NCBI RefSeq assembly: GCF_018350175.1
Contig: NC_058368.1
Coordinates: forward strand, 138,944,001-139,008,000
Length of the DNA: 64,000 nucleotides
Reading direction: 5' to 3'
Source of the DNA: Felis catus
Lineage: Eukaryota
Part shown: piece after piece, positions 60,360 to 64,000 of the stretch
Layout of the letters: each line of letters starts with the position of its first letter
Position numbering within the stretch: the stretch's first letter is position 1
Notes under the pieces: generated by a model
Database searches by the model: none
What the model saw: the letters and a program-made list of their open reading frames with translations, nothing else
What the model was told of the DNA's origin: nothing
Position numbers and translations under genes: made by a program

Positions 60360-60589
60360 GGGGCGCCTGGGTGGCGCAGTCGGTTAAGCGTCCGACTTCA
60401 GCCAGGTCGTGATCTCGCGGTCCGTGAGTTCGAGCCCCGCGTCAGGCTCTGGGCTGATGGCTCGGAGCCTGGAGCCTGTTTCTGATTCTGTGTCTCCGTC
60501 TCTCTCTGCCCCTCCCCCGTTCATGCTCTGTCTCTCTCTCTGTCCCAAAAATAAATAAACGTTGAAAAAAAAAATTAAAAAAAAAAAAA
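60360..60589 (+). mobile_element. Young felid SINE
   Basis: TSD aaaat.tttatttatt. Confidence 0.95.
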
Positions 60590-61084
60590 TTTATTTATTG
60601 GTGAAACACCATATCTCATTATGAGGTTAATCTGCGTATCTTTGATCACCCCTCAGGTTGGTGCGTCTGTTCAGCAATTTATTAACCAGCTATATTTCAT
60701 CGGTTATGAAGATTTGGTCCTAGGTCAGAGGCAAACCTCATTTTACTGCGAAGGGGGGAAAAAAAAATCTGGCAGAAGTTAAACTATTTCCCCAAGGCCA
60801 CACCGTCATTAAAAGGGTTAAGTTGGGGGGGAATCCAGTGCAGGGTTTTTGAGGCCTGCTGAAGTAATCGCCCATCCCCACCACCACCGTGGTTGTTTTG
60901 GGTTCTTTTAACTCCTCAGTCTTACCTGCACTATCTAACAAAACACCTGCTGTGTAAAGGACATATTGCAAGCTCATCGCTTCTCGGCCACTTTACAAAT
61001 GAGTGAAGGGAGGCCCACAGACTCACATGGGTGTCTGTTGCACCCTTAGAATCAACTGTTCAACTAAAATGGTGACCTGGTTCC

Positions 61085-61285
61085 GGGGGGCCGGAGTGGC
61101 TCAGTCAGTTAGGCATCCCAGTCTTGATTTTGGCTCAGGTCACGATCCCAGGGTCTTGGGATTGAGCCCCGCATGGGGCTCCAGGCGTGGAGCCTGCTTG
61201 GGATTCTCTCTCTCCTTCTCTCTGCCCTTCCCCTGCTCCCTCTCCCTCAGAAAGTAACATAAATAAATAAAAAATTTTAAAAATG
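61085..61285 (+). mobile_element. Older SINEC
   Basis: Diverged consensus match. Confidence 0.85.
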
Positions 61286-61289
61286 AAAT

Positions 61290-61530
61290 GGGGGCCCCTG
61301 GGTGGCTCGGTCGGTTAAGCAGCCGACTTCGACTCAGGTCACCGCTTCGAGGTTCATGAGTGGTTGGTGACTTTGAGCCCCGCGATGGGCTCTGTGCTGA
61401 CAGCTCAGAGCCTAGAGCCTGCTTCAGATTCTGTGTGTCTCTCTCTCTGCTCCTCCCCCACTCACAGTCTATGTCTCTCTCTCTCTCTCTCTCTAAAATA
61501 AATACATATTTAAAAATTTTTAAAAATAAA
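61290..61530 (+). mobile_element. SINEC
   Basis: Consensus match with a small internal insertion. Confidence 0.9.
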
Positions 61531-62003
61531 AGAATGACCTGTTTCTGATTGTGTGCCGACTTCTCTTAGGCTTAAGACTTTAGATGCTCACAGCACAGAG
61601 ATATTTTGTGTTGGAACTTACTGGGCAAGCTAGGAGCAAAATTGAGAAGACTCACGTCCAAGGAAAACCTGTTGGAAGTCAAGGGTTTCAAAGTCAGGAG
61701 TGGGGGTGGTTTACCACGAGGGACAACAGATAAATTCCACTCTCAGGTGAGACACATTGACAGGGGAAAACAAATATCAGTAAATTATCTGTGAGAGCAA
61801 GCCCATTTCTAAAAGATCCAGATAGAGAAAGAACACAACCTCTGCTTTTTAAAGATGGATTCTCTTACAAAGGAGTGCTGAAGAAATGATGCTGATACAA
61901 GTTGTTGACCATGTGGCAAAGAATAAATTAGGTTTGGTCCTTCAGGCAACAGGCCAAAATCTGTTCTGGTTAGATTTGTGTTCAATATAGAAATGAAACC
62001 ATT

Positions 62004-62131
62004 GGGGTGCCTGGGTGGCTCAGTCCGTTAAGCATCCGACTCTGGCTCAGGTCATGATCTCGCAGTTGGTGAGTTTGAGCCCCACGTCAGGCTCTGTGCT
62101 GACAGCTCAGAGCCTGGAGCTGGGTTCAGAA

Positions 62132-62169
<38 letters not shown>

Positions 62170-62230
62170 TGCCCCTCCCCTGCTCATGCTCTGTCTCTGT
62201 CTCTCAAAAAATAAATAAATGTTATAAAAA
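62004..62230 (+). mobile_element. SINEC with (TG)n expansion
   Basis: TSD aaatgaaaccatt. Confidence 0.93.
62134..62168 (+). repeat. (TG)n microsatellite within a SINE
   Basis: Direct inspection. Confidence 0.95.
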
Positions 62231-62942
62231 TATTTTTTAAATGAAACCATTAAAGAACTCAAAAATACGCATTTAAGAAAAGCCTAAATCTGGAATCTGA
62301 TTTCAAGGTGGCAAAGCCTCAAAGCCAAAGAAGGAAGACTCCATAAAGGAAAAGATTGAGGGAAAAGTTGAAAGCCTCTAAACAGGAGGGGGGAGAGGGA
62401 AGAAGACCTGACAAAATAAAATAAAATGTTCCAGCTCATCATCCAAGTTAAAAGGCAAGTATCAAACCAGGAAAACACCGGCAACTCAAAGAGCAGACAG
62501 AGATTACCATCGTCACTGCAGGACCGTCACTAATGTGAGGACACCGCGTGCGTGCTAACAGAATGCTCGCATCCCATTAGGGGCAGACGGGAGCTACACC
62601 CCTGAGCACTTTCTGCGGAACAGTTGGGACAGCACATATTGAAATAAAGTCTTAAAGATAAAAGCTCATACACTTTACTCCAGTAACTCTACTTCCCAGA
62701 AAGATTCAGAGAACTATAAAAACATTTTTGCATGAAGATATCTGCCATAGATTATTTCTGGTAGTGAAGATCTCTGAAAAATTTAAATGCCCGGGAAGGA
62801 ACTAGTTCAGTAAAAATGGTCTAGCCTTCCAGACTCCTATTTTAAAAGGATACTTAATTAAAGAAAAAAGGTTCCTGGTGTGTGAACTGACAAAACAGCA
62901 TAGAGAGCATGATTATAATCTTATAAAAAGAAACATACGTTA

Positions 62943-63173
62943 GGGGCACCTGGGTGGCTTAGTCGGTTGGGTGTCCACCTTCGGCTCAGGTCACGTTCAC
63001 CGTTGTTTGTGAGTTCGAGCCCCGCGTCCGGCTCTGTGCTGACAGCTCAGAGCGTGGAGCCTGCTTCGGATTCTGTGTCTCCCTCTCTCTCTCTGCCCCT
63101 CTCCTGCTCATGCTCTCTCTCTCTCTCTCTCTCTCTCTCAAAAAAATAAATAAATAAACATTAAAATAAAAAA
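62943..63173 (+). mobile_element. SINEC
   Basis: Consensus match; flanks aaacatacgt / aaaatacgt. Confidence 0.93.
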
Positions 63174-64000
63174 GGAAAAATACGTATATGAACGGTGAGA
63201 GGTAACAACTAGATATAGTTACAATTTTTCGATTTTCGTCTAGTAATTTGCTGTGTTTTGCAGACTTCCTAACCTAAATAAGTAACGTGCATGTGTTTGG
63301 TGGTGCCGGTTCCGGTTCCGGGAGAACCATCCCCCTCCCCCACCATACATACACATGTTTAAAACATCTTGTTGGAACCCCACAAAGGACTATAAAATCG
63401 AGACTACGCAGGTGGGTTCCCAGCTAAGCTTTCTTAATGAGAAATCGGGAAGGGTGCATAGCAAGTTTGATGAAATCATTTCTTCATAAAGCTGTAAATA
63501 TCACAGAAGACACATAAGAACATAAACGGCTGCGTGATCAAAGACCCTGTGGAACACATCCACTAGGAGTGAAGGGAAATTTATAGGCCGAATTCTTCCT
63601 CTTCAGCCAACTCCCTGTGAGTGTCCAGTTTAATGACTGTTTAAGTTATACCCGCAATTTTCTGAACCATTCACTTACTTTTCAAGTTTGTAAACCAACA
63701 CATCAACAATTCCCAATCAATGGGATAGCATTTCTCCAGGGAGCTATGAACATATACCTTGCATTTTAAATGTAATAAAAAGCATGACTAAACATGCCTC
63801 TGTTCTTTATAACATAGAAGTACAACATCTGGTCATAAAAAAAAAAAATGCATTATACAGAGTTGTAAGGATGCCAGATACTTATTACAGAGAACTGTTT
63901 TATCCATTTAGCCCAATTTTCCAGATGTTTTATTACTTGGAGACAGGAGAATTGTTGAAGCTAGTGATTGAAGCCCATTTATTTCAGGGGGCTCCTCTGC

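Noticed and set aside
3328..63149. Recurrent similar ORFs (MAQSVKRPTSAQV..., ...GGAEREGDTESE...)
   Set aside because: Translations of SINE copies, not a gene family
1..64000. CRISPR-like array or other prokaryotic system
   Set aside because: Repeats are dispersed SINEs with TSDs and microsatellites; no regularly spaced repeat-spacer array or cas-like ORFs; the sequence is mammalian
60000..64000. Possible exons of the neighbouring HEXB gene
   Set aside because: No CpG island or hexosaminidase-like coding sequence is visible in the window

Overview
Eukaryotic, mammalian sequence, almost certainly felid: about 39 tRNA-derived carnivore SINEs, including many near-identical young SINEC_Fc-type copies. 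It holds one protein-coding gene, ENC1 (KLHL37/NRP-B/PIG10), on the minus strand. Predicted structure: non-coding exon 1 in a CpG island (~34460-34073), exon 2 with the entire 589-aa BTB-BACK-Kelch CDS (30493-28679; CDS 30480-28711), and a ~2.6 kb 3'UTR exon 3 (24286 to ~21660). The rest is intergenic or intronic DNA rich in SINEs, old L1/L2/MIR, LTR and hAT fragments and microsatellites. No prokaryotic-type system (CRISPR, operon, rRNA) is present, and I cannot support a wholly new biological system. Best leads: a 455-bp polyadenylated retrocopy or transduction inserted inside a SINE; a tail-less SINE nested antisense in another SINE; a 3'UTR hairpin that pairs a miR-9 seed mimic with a miR-9 8mer site; a 3'UTR intron 32 nt after the stop with a perfect TACTAAC branchpoint; an apparent Pro404Leu change; a candidate uORF-bearing cassette exon; divergent CTCF motifs; and p53-type elements. 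Repeat family names and comparisons to human come from memory and were not searched. Repeat boundaries are approximate.
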